A DNA stretch of 64,000 bases. Source: Chitinophagaceae bacterium (lineage in GTDB: Bacteria; Bacteroidota; Bacteroidia; Chitinophagales; Chitinophagaceae). Within the stretch, counting starts at the first letter, position 1; the number at the start of each line of letters is the position of its first letter. This document shows, in pieces, positions 50,333 through 59,935 of the stretch. The stretch is from assembly GCA_047606825.1 (NCBI GenBank), contig JASGDY010000131.1:3657-67656 (forward strand), given 5' to 3'. A program made the translations under genes and the position numbers. The notes beneath the pieces were generated by a model. It did no database searches and was not told where the DNA came from. It worked only from the letters and a program-made list of their open reading frames with translations.

Positions 50333-50932
50333 ATGATGAAGACTGGTAATCAAATCATTAGTATCTACACGGAGATGACACCCAACCCAGAGACCATGAA
50401 GTTTGTGGCCAACAAACTCCTATACCCTGGGAAAAGTATTGATTTTCAGGACGAAACAAACGCATCCGCCTCTCCTTTGGCGAAGGAACTGTTTGGATTT
50501 CCTTTTATCAAGAGCGTGTTTATCGCCAGCAATTTTGTGACGCTGACCAAAAGTGCCGATACCGAAGACTGGCAGGACGTAATCCCAACGGTCAAGCAGT
50601 TTCTCAAAGACTACATCGAAAATGGCGAACCTATCGTCCTCGAAGACGAAATTGCCAAAATAAAAGTCAACCACGGCAACCAAGTCGCGGCAGACGATGA
50701 CGACGTGGTCAAGCGCATCAAGGAACTATTGGACAACTACGTGCGTCCGGCAGTGGAAATGGACGGCGGTGCCATCCAGTTCAAAAGCTACGACGACGGC
50801 AAAGTCAACCTGATGATGCAGGGAAGCTGTAGCGGCTGCCCCTCGTCCATGATTACGTTGAAAGCCGGTATCGAAGGCATGATGAAACGCATGATTCCTG
50901 AAGTAAAGGAAGTCGTTGCGGAAGCAGTCTAA
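50333..50932 (+). CDS. nfuA: NifU/NfuA-family Fe-S cluster carrier (Nfu_N plus NifU C-terminal domain)
   Basis: TPNPETMKF, SPLAKELF, VRPAVEMDGG, MQGSCSGCPSSMITLKAGIE; -33/-7 promoter TTTG (50281) and TAACTTTG (50303-50310). Confidence 0.92.
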   Translation: MMKTGNQIISIYTEMTPNPETMKFVANKLLYPGKSIDFQDETNASASPLAKELFGFPFIKSVFIASNFVTLTKSADTEDWQDVIPTVKQFLKDYIENGEPIVLEDEIAKIKVNHGNQVAADDDDVVKRIKELLDNYVRPAVEMDGGAIQFKSYDDGKVNLMMQGSCSGCPSSMITLKAGIEGMMKRMIPEVKEVVAEAV

Positions 50933-50958
50933 AGTGTATTTTATAATCAAGAAATAGT

Positions 50959-50991
50959 AACGGGAAGACCTGATGGTCTTTCCGTTTTTTT
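50959..50991 (+). terminator. Intrinsic terminator after nfuA
   Basis: AACGGGAAGACC-TGAT-GGTCTTTCCGTT followed by a T run. Confidence 0.7.
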
Positions 50992-51024
50992 GTTTTAGGT
51001 TGTTGAGCTATGGTTATGTGACAA

Positions 51025-51339
51025 TTAATCTTGTAAGAATTGAACCAACTCGGCGACGACCTCCCGATATATAGCATTATGAAGTGTACCAATTCTTTTG
51101 ATAAGCAATACTGTCGAGATGACCCCGATTTTTTCATAAACGATGACAGATGCTTTTGGCAAATATCCATTTGACAGATGCCCGTTGTCAATGCTTATGC
51201 CTTTGGTTGCAACGTTGCTTGTAAGCGGCATGTACAACATATCTCCAAAACTATTAGGCCTCAACAATAATATTGGTCTAACTTTAGATGCAGCAGCATC
51301 CGTAAAATATATATTGGCCAGATAAATCGCTCCTACCAT
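51025..51339 (-). CDS. PemK/MazF-family toxin (type II TA)
   Basis: IYLANIYFTD...SKVRPILLL...MPLTSN and S...YEKI...LIKRIGTL fit the PemK pattern. Confidence 0.82.
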   Translation of the reverse strand: MVGAIYLANIYFTDAAASKVRPILLLRPNSFGDMLYMPLTSNVATKGISIDNGHLSNGYLPKASVIVYEKIGVISTVLLIKRIGTLHNAIYREVVAELVQFLQD

Positions 51340-51551
51340 TTTGTATAATCTTCATCATCATACAATGAAATACCCAGATTAGCAGTGGGCAATTGCAGTA
51401 ATTCAGCATCCGTAAAAAATTCGATAGGCTGATGCTCCGTTTGCGATACAGGCAAAATAATAATTTGCAGTTCCATACCCTTCAATGCATCCGGAATATG
51501 AAGCTGTAGTTCATTGGTATCTGTCCTACTATGTATCGTAAGCCCTATCAT
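51333..51551 (-). CDS. Putative antitoxin, acidic small protein overlapping the toxin start
   Basis: Upstream, same strand, 7-nt overlap; acidic C-terminus (YDDEDYTKW). Start uncertain (51551 or 51566). Confidence 0.65.
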   Translation of the reverse strand: MIGLTIHSRTDTNELQLHIPDALKGMELQIIILPVSQTEHQPIEFFTDAELLQLPTANLGISLYDDEDYTKW

Positions 51552-51629
51552 AAGCCAAAGATACATAAATACCGTTTAGTAATAATACTCCTTTTATCCA
51601 AATCATCTCGGATTCCACATTTCCCCAAT

Positions 51630-51641
51630 GCAAACGTTTGC
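51630..51641. promoter_or_regulatory. Perfect palindrome GCAAACGTTTGC (LacI-type operator candidate)
   Basis: 50 nt upstream of the DUF6067-like gene; central CG. Confidence 0.55.
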
Positions 51642-51690
51642 CTCAATCGACTGGGAGTTTTGACGTAATTTAGGCGCAGATTCACCCGTT

Positions 51691-54684
51691 ATGAAGAAAA
51701 TATTGTTTTCCACTCTGATATTATGCGCGGCGGTTAGCACCGCCGATGCACAGGAACTGAAATTTACCAATGCCGCCACGCCTTGGGCTTATGATTCGCT
51801 GGGTAACCACCGCATATTGGTGGGTGTCAACGCAGCTGGAGATGTCGCGAAAGTCATCGTTCCGTGGCGCAGAAGGGACAATCATCCAGAGGAAAAAATG
51901 GTGTTCGTCGTGGATGCCAAAACCAATGAACGCATCTACAACGTTGTGCAGGAAAATATCACACGTGAAAAAGGAACGGTATATTTCCAACCGGTTTCCG
52001 GTGTAGGTGATTACTATATTTACTACATGCCCTATCGCCAGAAAGGGAGTCCATACTATCCCAAAGTGGAATATTACACGCCAGTCGGTACGGCACAACA
52101 GCCTTGGATAGACAAAATAAAACAAGGAAAAACCATTGTCGCCAGTGCTCTGGAACTCCAGGCCGTCAATGCTTTCAACAGCTTTTACCCAATGGAAGTG
52201 GTAGCAACGGAAAAAGAAAGACACACTTTGTTGGCGGCGCAACACAACGCGCCCTACATCGTATTTCCGGAAGACCGGTTGCATTCCATCCGTATGCGCT
52301 ACGATTTTCCATACAGGTGGGCACAGCAAGGCATCCGCAGCTCTTTTTCGGACGTAGCGGACAAAGGGGAAAATTTTGCGTACCAATTAGGCATCTATCC
52401 GCAAAAAGACACTTTGAAAAATGTCGTCATCCAGTTCTCTGATCTGAAAGACGAAAAGGGAAATATTTTGTCCAAAAACATCATGGAATGCATCAACAAC
52501 AAAGGTGTCAACTGGATAGGCATCCCTGAAACTTTTGAAGTCAACGTTCCCATAAACCAGATACAGCCGATGTGGTGTACAGTCGCCATTCCGGAAAATG
52601 CGGTCGCCGGAAACTATAAAGGCACTGTCACCGTCACGGCAAGCAACGCACCGTCCAAATCCATTGCCGTCAACCTCACTGTTACCAACAAAACCGCCAA
52701 AAACCACGGCGTGGACGAACCCTTGAAACAGACACGCCTCTCCTGGCTCAACTCTACCTTGGCAGCGAAAAACGAGGTCATCACGCCATACACCGATTTA
52801 AAAACCACAGGCAACAAAATCGATTTGCTGGGACGTTCCATAGAAATCGCGCCGAGCGGCTTCCCCCAACAAATCCAAACATACTTCACACCGGAAATGA
52901 CCTCCATCGGCACGACACCCAAAAACTTGCTGGTCGAGCCTATCCATTTCCATGTAAAAAAATCCGATGGGAAAGAAATAAAATTCCGCAACACACCCAT
53001 CGACTTTACCGAACAATCCGCCGGAACCGTCGCATGGAAAACTGCCAACGAATCTCCGGAACTGACGATGGACATCAACGCCGACCTCGAATACGACGGC
53101 TACCTCGACTATACGGTCAAGGTCATCGCCCAACAGGACATCGCCTTGCAGGACATCTGCCTGCACCTGCCCATCGTCCCCGAAAACGCGGAATACCTGA
53201 TGGGGCTGGGCTACAAAGGTGGCTACCGTAAAGATACGGTGCAATGGAAATGGGACGTCGCCCACAAAAACCAGGACGGCGCATGGGTCGGAACGGTCAA
53301 CGCAGGCGTGCAGTTTTCGCTGCGCGACCAGCACTATTCACGTCCACTCAACACCAATTTTTATCTGCAGAAACCATTGGTATTGCCGACATCCTGGGGC
53401 AACGGAGACAAGGGCGGCATTGACATTTTCAAAAAGGGGACTTCAGTTTTGGTCAACAATTACAGTGGCGCGCGCGACATGAAAAAAGGCGATACGCTAT
53501 ACTATAATTTCCGGCTGATCATCACGCCGTTCCACACCATCAACACCGACTTCCAGTGGTCGGCAAGATTTGTCCACAAATACTTAAACGTAGATACGGC
53601 AAAAGCACTGGGCGCGACGGTCGTCAATATCCACCAAGGCACGCCCATCAATCCTTATATCAACTATCCCTTTGTGAAGACCAAAGAGATGAAAGACTAT
53701 ATCGACAGCGCACACGCCGAAGGGCTGAAAGTCAAAATCTACAATACCGTGCGTGAACTTTCGAACCGTGCCTACGAACTTCCGGCATTGTTTAGCCTCG
53801 GACACGAAATATTTTCGGACGGTAAAAGCGGCGGCTATTCCTGGTTGCAGGAACATCTCGACACGGGATATATCGCGGCATGGTACACGCCGGCAGCCAA
53901 CGACGCGGCGATTATCAACAGCGGCATGAGCCGTTGGCACAACTACTACGTCGAAGGCATGAACTGGCTCACACAGAATGTCGGCATCGACGGCATCTAT
54001 CTGGACGACGTGGCATTTGACCGGAGCATCATGAAACGCATCAAGCGCGTATTGACCAAGGACAGACATCCCGGGCTGATAGACCTGCACTCCGCCAACC
54101 AATACAACAAAAGCGACGGTTTCAACAACAGCGCCAACCTGTATCTGGAACTGTTTCCGTATCTCAACAGGCTGTGGTTTGGCGAATATTTCGATTACGA
54201 ACACAACTCACCGGACTTTTTCCTGACAGAGATTTCGGGTATTCCTTTTGGATTGATGGGCGAGATGCTCCAAAGCGGCGGCAACCAATGGCGCGGATTG
54301 TTGTACGGCATGACGAGCCGTCTGCTCTGGGACGATTCGCGTGACCCGCGTCCAATATGGAAGGTGTGGGACAGTTTCGGAATGCAAGGTTCGCAGATGG
54401 TCGGCTATTGGGTCAAGGACAATCCCGTGAAAACCGACAATCCCAACGTCCCGATTACAATCTACAAAAAAGACAAAAAAGTATTGGTGGCATTGGCAAG
54501 CTGGGATTCCTCCAACGTCAGTATCCACCTCCATATCGACTGGAAAAAATTGGGAATCGACCCCGCAAAAACAAAAATCGTCGCGCATGAAATGAACGAC
54601 TTCCAACCTGCAAAAACTTTTGGCATCAACGACCCGATTGCAGTAGAACCTGCAAAAGGTTGGTTGTTGGAGATTGGGGAATAA
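51691..54684 (+). CDS. Secreted DUF6067-like putative glycoside hydrolase
   Basis: Signal peptide ending ADA-Q; WRRRD, INPYINYPF, KIYNTVREL, GIDGIYLDD, LWFGEYFDY and PFGLMGEML recalled as typical of DUF6067 proteins; not search-confirmed. Confidence 0.72.
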   Translation: MKKILFSTLILCAAVSTADAQELKFTNAATPWAYDSLGNHRILVGVNAAGDVAKVIVPWRRRDNHPEEKMVFVVDAKTNERIYNVVQENITREKGTVYFQPVSGVGDYYIYYMPYRQKGSPYYPKVEYYTPVGTAQQPWIDKIKQGKTIVASALELQAVNAFNSFYPMEVVATEKERHTLLAAQHNAPYIVFPEDRLHSIRMRYDFPYRWAQQGIRSSFSDVADKGENFAYQLGIYPQKDTLKNVVIQFSDLKDEKGNILSKNIMECINNKGVNWIGIPETFEVNVPINQIQPMWCTVAIPENAVAGNYKGTVTVTASNAPSKSIAVNLTVTNKTAKNHGVDEPLKQTRLSWLNSTLAAKNEVITPYTDLKTTGNKIDLLGRSIEIAPSGFPQQIQTYFTPEMTSIGTTPKNLLVEPIHFHVKKSDGKEIKFRNTPIDFTEQSAGTVAWKTANESPELTMDINADLEYDGYLDYTVKVIAQQDIALQDICLHLPIVPENAEYLMGLGYKGGYRKDTVQWKWDVAHKNQDGAWVGTVNAGVQFSLRDQHYSRPLNTNFYLQKPLVLPTSWGNGDKGGIDIFKKGTSVLVNNYSGARDMKKGDTLYYNFRLIITPFHTINTDFQWSARFVHKYLNVDTAKALGATVVNIHQGTPINPYINYPFVKTKEMKDYIDSAHAEGLKVKIYNTVRELSNRAYELPALFSLGHEIFSDGKSGGYSWLQEHLDTGYIAAWYTPAANDAAIINSGMSRWHNYYVEGMNWLTQNVGIDGIYLDDVAFDRSIMKRIKRVLTKDRHPGLIDLHSANQYNKSDGFNNSANLYLELFPYLNRLWFGEYFDYEHNSPDFFLTEISGIPFGLMGEMLQSGGNQWRGLLYGMTSRLLWDDSRDPRPIWKVWDSFGMQGSQMVGYWVKDNPVKTDNPNVPITIYKKDKKVLVALASWDSSNVSIHLHIDWKKLGIDPAKTKIVAHEMNDFQPAKTFGINDPIAVEPAKGWLLEIGE

Positions 54685-54775
54685 GGACAGGGTCGTTGCC
54701 AAAAGGTAAGATTCCAGTCAACAGAAAAACTGAGTGCATTTACCTTAGGTGGGGAATAGTTCAAATTTCTGTTGG

Positions 54776-54999
54776 CGGGTGGAGACACCGCGCCAGTAGA
54801 ACCATGTACACTTGTTTGGCATATTGAAACAAGGTATTGCTAATTATGTAGAGATATTGAGCGATTTTTTAAAAACATCTATTGAAAATCAGATTATTAC
54901 ATCGAAAATATCTTCCAAACCCCTATTTGGTTAGCAATGCCTGAAACAAATACTGGTCGAGTGATATGCCCTCTAGTGGTCGGTGTCCTCACCGACCAC
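54776..54999. repeat. Inverted pair of related REP-like hairpins
   Basis: GGCGGGTGGAGACACCGCGCC near 54776-54796, and perfect hairpin GTGGTCGGTG-TCCT-CACCGACCAC at 54976-54999; cores GGTGGAGACACC and revcomp GGTGAGGACACC. Confidence 0.55.
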
Positions 55000-55140
55000 C
55001 CTATTCATGGAATGGACGAGAATTGGAACCATTCCCCTCCAAGGTAAATGCAGCAGAAAAAACTTAATATTATGGTAAATTATCCAAGAATGTTTATCTT
55101 TCCGTAGCTATTACATTTGTGACTCCTTGATGAAGATATC

Positions 55141-55668
55141 ATGAAAGCATTAATATCTGCCTTGAAATATTGCGATGGGGAAGAAGCCTTTCAGGAGATT
55201 TTCCTCCTGACAAAAGGCAAAGTATATGCTTATTTTTTAAAGAAGACCAACTCTGCCGACGATGCGAAGGACCTCACACAGAATGTCTATTTCCGCCTTT
55301 GGAAATACCGCAAGAAGGTAAACGAGGACATATCGCTCGACCAGCATTTGTTTCAATATGCCAAACAAGTGTACATTGATTACCTGAAATCGCGGAAATC
55401 AACCTCTTACGTACCAGACATTCGATCCATGGAAAACAATAATGCCTTTTTGGGACAACCCGACGGCATTTTTGACAGGATGGAAAAAGAGAAAATCTTT
55501 GGCTATTTACAATCAGAGCCTCCCCTGAACCAGCATATTTTTATCCTCAACAAATGGGAAGGCTATTCCTACCAGCAACTGTCGGAAATGTTTTCCCTTT
55601 CCGTCAAAAGCATTGACAACTATATCAACAAAACCATGAAGCGGCTTAAAAAAAAAATCGGTTTTTAA
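55141..55668 (+). CDS. ECF sigma-70 family RNA polymerase sigma factor
   Basis: DAKDLTQNVYFRLWKYR (region 2), FILNKWEGYSYQQLSEMFSLSVKSIDNYI (region 4); -7 element TACATTTG at 55112-55119. Confidence 0.9.
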   Translation: MKALISALKYCDGEEAFQEIFLLTKGKVYAYFLKKTNSADDAKDLTQNVYFRLWKYRKKVNEDISLDQHLFQYAKQVYIDYLKSRKSTSYVPDIRSMENNNAFLGQPDGIFDRMEKEKIFGYLQSEPPLNQHIFILNKWEGYSYQQLSEMFSLSVKSIDNYINKTMKRLKKKIGF

Positions 55669-55704
55669 GGAGGAGTTTTCTACAGTTCATCGTAATACTA
55701 TACA

Positions 55705-56682
55705 GTGCGGAATTTATTTACAAAAAAAAATAAAGAAAAAACAAGTGCGGAACATTCTGAAACAGGTGATCCTGATTGGGATGCCGTATCTGACATTGAC
55801 GAGGGAAGTATAGACTGGGCAGATACCTGGAATACCATAAAAAGAGATGTTGGCAACTACCAAAAAAGAAAAGATGCAGTTAAAAGAGTTGTGACGGGTT
55901 CACTGATGCTGTTGTTTGTAGTAGGTAGTACAATGTACTATATAGGCTATCACAAGACGCAGTCCGCTGCTTATGCAACCTTGTACAACAAAGGACATCA
56001 TGAGTTATATTACCTATTAAGCGACAGTTCGAGGATGGTATTGTTTCCAGGAACAACGGTAAGACTACCCGAAAGCTACAACCAGCATACCCGTGAATTG
56101 TTTGTACAGGGAAAAGCACTTTTCATAGTACATAAGGATCGGACAAAACCATTCATCGTCCACTCGGCACATTTGGCAACATGCGCTATCGGAACCGAAT
56201 TTGTGGTGGAGAACAGACCAGACGAGCAGAAAGAGCTTGTCTACCTAGAAGAAGGGATTGTACAGGTCAATGTCAAGGGTAGCAATGTGTCCCATATACT
56301 GGCAGTAAAAGATACGTTGCACTATAATATTGCAAAACAAGTAGTATCCATTGCACATTATAGACCGGCTATGCCATTGTCTAAAAACTATGCGCACCGA
56401 GGGACTGGAGGCCAGAAGAATCATGTATCCAGAAAAGACAAGTCCGTCCAGAGACTCCAATGGTATTCATTTGACAATGCCTCCTTGGAAGACATATTCG
56501 GTCATCTGGAAAATATTTATGGCATCGAAATACGGTACACCAAAGCGGATGTCGTCGAAAAATATTTTATCGGAAAATTTTCATCCACAGATTCACTGTC
56601 ACACATATTGGACGTGATTACATCCTTAAACGAACTGAGATACAAAGAAGTTGCCGACGGCGTATATACGGTTTACAAATAG
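55705..56682 (+). CDS. FecR-family anti-sigma factor
   Basis: One TM helix; LSDSSRMVLFPGT, RELFVQGKALFIVHKDRTKPFIV, AIGTEFVV; C-terminal DUF4974-like FDNASLEDI...YGIEI. Confidence 0.9.
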   Translation: MRNLFTKKNKEKTSAEHSETGDPDWDAVSDIDEGSIDWADTWNTIKRDVGNYQKRKDAVKRVVTGSLMLLFVVGSTMYYIGYHKTQSAAYATLYNKGHHELYYLLSDSSRMVLFPGTTVRLPESYNQHTRELFVQGKALFIVHKDRTKPFIVHSAHLATCAIGTEFVVENRPDEQKELVYLEEGIVQVNVKGSNVSHILAVKDTLHYNIAKQVVSIAHYRPAMPLSKNYAHRGTGGQKNHVSRKDKSVQRLQWYSFDNASLEDIFGHLENIYGIEIRYTKADVVEKYFIGKFSSTDSLSHILDVITSLNELRYKEVADGVYTVYK

Positions 56683-56749
56683 GACAAAACATATAGGCAT
56701 ATAGGATCATAGTCATTTTTCTTTTTAAGTTCATCAATAATTTATTGTC

Positions 56750-59700
56750 ATGCGTAGTAAATGGAAACCAAAGTCCATGTGGGGACTGTTTGTCCCGAAA
56801 ATCGGACTGTTCGTATGTCTTTTCTCAATGAAAGGCAACATTTTAGCTCAAAAAGGCGGAGCAGCGATGAAAGGGCTTGTCCAAAATGAGAAAGGAGAAC
56901 CCTTGTCGGGAGCTAGCGTCACCATCAGTGACTCCGTTGCACATTTCACACAGGCAGCGACATCGGACAGCCTCGGTAGTTTTTATTTCAGTAACCTGCC
57001 GAGCAAGAATGCCCTCGCGATTGTCGTCGCTTTCAATGGTTACAAAACACAGACATTTAAAGATTATAAACTGACAGACAACGCAGTCACTTCTTTATAT
57101 GTCAAATTACTAAAAGATACAATAAACCTGGACGAGGTCGTGGTCGTTGGCTACGGCTCACAGCGTAAAAATCTTGTAGCCAGCGCCATATCCTCCGTTG
57201 GCATGGACAATATAACATCCCGTTCCATGCAGAACGTAAGCGAAGCACTGCAAGGGAAAGCCGCAGGTGTCATCGTTACCAATGAAGGCGGTGACCCTAC
57301 GGCAAGCCCTAGCGTGTATATACGCGGTATGGGAGGCATCAACGGAGAATCAGCACTATACGTTGTTGACGGCGTGATATACGAGAGCATGCCCAACATC
57401 AATTCCGATGATATAGCGTCCATGGACGTTCTGAAAGACGGAGCCGCGGCCATTTACGGAGCTAGGGCATCGGGCGGTGTTATTTTGATCACAACCAAGA
57501 AAGGGAAAAACGGCGCATTCAAAGCCTCTGTCGATGCCAAATACGGCGACCAGTCGGCTTGGCGCAAGTTGCATGCACTGAACGCTGAACAGTTTGCCAA
57601 CGCGATGAACACCGCAGCGGACAATGCCGGGGAAACCCGCAGTGATGCCTTTGACGCATCTGTCTATCCTGATGGACAGATTACAAGGACTGACTGGGTA
57701 GACGCGATTTTCCGACATGGCGCAACGAACGAATACAATGTCAATTTCAGCGGTGGCAACGACAGGTCAACCTTCTATGCAGGATTTGGGTACAGGAAAT
57801 CGCAGGCCATCCTGCTGAACACCTACAACCAGCGATACAATGCCACCTTAAATTCGGAACACAAAATAGGTACCTGGTTGACTTTTGGGGAACATTTGCA
57901 GTATTCATATAGCAACGGGAACGGCGCCAATACTTCGAGCGCCTACACGGGCGCAATACTTTCGGCTATTTTCTACCCGCCCAATGTAGCGGTCTATGAC
58001 AGTGCAGGCAACTTTTCCGGATTGCCCGAAGCCTATGCAGGCAGCTACGGCGATGTCATCAATCCGGTTGCCTACCTTAAACGTTTGGACTCCAAAAGCC
58101 CAACCCATGTGTTGATGATGAATCCATATATAGAAGCACGCATTACGGAAGACTTGAAATTTAGGTCCAGTTTTGCCTATACGGAGACCAACGCATTTGT
58201 AAAAACCTTTACCACAAGAGTTCCCGAAATTGGCAGGATATCGACTTCCAATATGTTGGAACAGACCACATCCACCACCCAGAACCTGCTGGCGGAACAG
58301 ACGCTCAGCTATGACCATAGATGGGGAAACCACCACCTGTCCTTGGTAGGCGGTACTACCTACCAAAAAAATACATACACCTCCACTTATGTGTACGGTA
58401 CGGACTTTGACGACGAAAGCGCACAGTACCGCTATCTTGAAAATGCAGGCACTATCTATAAACCAACGGACACGCGTACCGTCAGCATCCTACTTTCGTA
58501 TCTGGCAAGGGCAAACTATGATTACGACGGGAAATACCTGTTGTCTGTATTGGGCAGACGCGACGGTTCCTCTTTGGTATCAAGTCAGAACAAATATGAG
58601 AACTATGGTTCCGTGTCCGCCGGGTGGATAATATCCCGTGAAGATTTTTTTAAAGATATCTCGTGGGTCAGCTTGCTCAAGCTGAGGGGCAGCTACGGTA
58701 TATTGGGCAATCTTGGAAGCCTGCCCGCCAATGCCGTGGATCCCACACTGAGTACCACGACCGCCTATTTTGGTTCTACTTCCACCGCTAGCTACGGCTA
58801 TGCTGCAACCACGCTGCCCAACCCCAATCTCAAATGGGCAACCTCTAAGCAGACCGACATCGGCATTGACCTCAATCTGTTCGAAAACCATATCAGTATC
58901 ACGGCAGACTATTTCAACAAAAAGACGTCGGACATGATACTTTTAAAAACCTTGCCTAGCACGAGCGGTGTTACCAATGGACAGTATATCAACGCAGGCG
59001 ATGCACGGGACAGGGGTTTTGAATTTTCTATTAATTACAACAGCGCAAAGACCCGTGACTTTCAATACAGCGTGGGAGTCAATCTGACACATACTTCCAA
59101 CGAATTGCTGACTCTCTATGACGACTATACGTCCCTATCGACTTCGGACATCAATATCCGAAGTGCACTCACGCCAGTAGTCGTACAGATAGGTGCTCCG
59201 CTCTATGCGTTCAACCTAGTTAAAACAGCCGGCATTTTCAAGACGCAGGAAGAAATCGATAGCTATGCCAACAGTAGCGGCAGTCTGATACAGCCTGACG
59301 CTACGCCCGGCGACCTCAAATTTGTGGATGCCAACGGAGACGGATCGATTGATGACAATGACAGAGTCTTGATGGGCTCGGCGTTTCCTAAGCTGACTTA
59401 TGGCGTTTCGTTTAACGCGTCCTATAAAAACTTTGACCTAAACCTGTTTGTTCAGGGAGTCACATCCAACAAGGTATTCAACAGTTTAAGGTACCTGGCT
59501 TTGCAGGCAGGATTGGGCGGCCAGCATTACAATCTCTGGAACAAGGTATCGGATGCATGGTCGGAAACCAACCCCAATGGCTCCATTCCCAAATTATCCT
59601 TCTCGGATGCCAACGGAAACTTTAGCACCAATTCCGATTTCTTTCTGGAAAACGGTGCTTATATGCGACTGAAAAACCTTACGCTGGGATATACGTTCAG

Positions 59701-59884
59701 GCAAAATGTGCTTAGAAAAGCCAATATAGACGGCATCCGCCTCTACTTTACCTCCAACAACCTGTTGACCATCACCAAATATACAGGCTTTGACCCGGAA
59801 GTAGGTATGAGCAACTATGGCATCGACGTGGCGCGTTACCCACAGGCACGTAGTTTCATTGTAGGCCTCAACGTCAATTTCTAA
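56750..59884 (+). CDS. SusC/RagA TonB-dependent transporter
   Basis: LDEVVVVGYG, LKDGAAAIYGARASGGVILITTKKG, NPNLKWAT, YPQARSFIVGLNVNF. Confidence 0.95.
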   Translation: MRSKWKPKSMWGLFVPKIGLFVCLFSMKGNILAQKGGAAMKGLVQNEKGEPLSGASVTISDSVAHFTQAATSDSLGSFYFSNLPSKNALAIVVAFNGYKTQTFKDYKLTDNAVTSLYVKLLKDTINLDEVVVVGYGSQRKNLVASAISSVGMDNITSRSMQNVSEALQGKAAGVIVTNEGGDPTASPSVYIRGMGGINGESALYVVDGVIYESMPNINSDDIASMDVLKDGAAAIYGARASGGVILITTKKGKNGAFKASVDAKYGDQSAWRKLHALNAEQFANAMNTAADNAGETRSDAFDASVYPDGQITRTDWVDAIFRHGATNEYNVNFSGGNDRSTFYAGFGYRKSQAILLNTYNQRYNATLNSEHKIGTWLTFGEHLQYSYSNGNGANTSSAYTGAILSAIFYPPNVAVYDSAGNFSGLPEAYAGSYGDVINPVAYLKRLDSKSPTHVLMMNPYIEARITEDLKFRSSFAYTETNAFVKTFTTRVPEIGRISTSNMLEQTTSTTQNLLAEQTLSYDHRWGNHHLSLVGGTTYQKNTYTSTYVYGTDFDDESAQYRYLENAGTIYKPTDTRTVSILLSYLARANYDYDGKYLLSVLGRRDGSSLVSSQNKYENYGSVSAGWIISREDFFKDISWVSLLKLRGSYGILGNLGSLPANAVDPTLSTTTAYFGSTSTASYGYAATTLPNPNLKWATSKQTDIGIDLNLFENHISITADYFNKKTSDMILLKTLPSTSGVTNGQYINAGDARDRGFEFSINYNSAKTRDFQYSVGVNLTHTSNELLTLYDDYTSLSTSDINIRSALTPVVVQIGAPLYAFNLVKTAGIFKTQEEIDSYANSSGSLIQPDATPGDLKFVDANGDGSIDDNDRVLMGSAFPKLTYGVSFNASYKNFDLNLFVQGVTSNKVFNSLRYLALQAGLGGQHYNLWNKVSDAWSETNPNGSIPKLSFSDANGNFSTNSDFFLENGAYMRLKNLTLGYTFRQNVLRKANIDGIRLYFTSNNLLTITKYTGFDPEVGMSNYGIDVARYPQARSFIVGLNVNF

Positions 59885-59935
59885 CACATCATACACTAGT
59901 CAATTCTGACAATTGAAAAAATAAAAAATATACAG

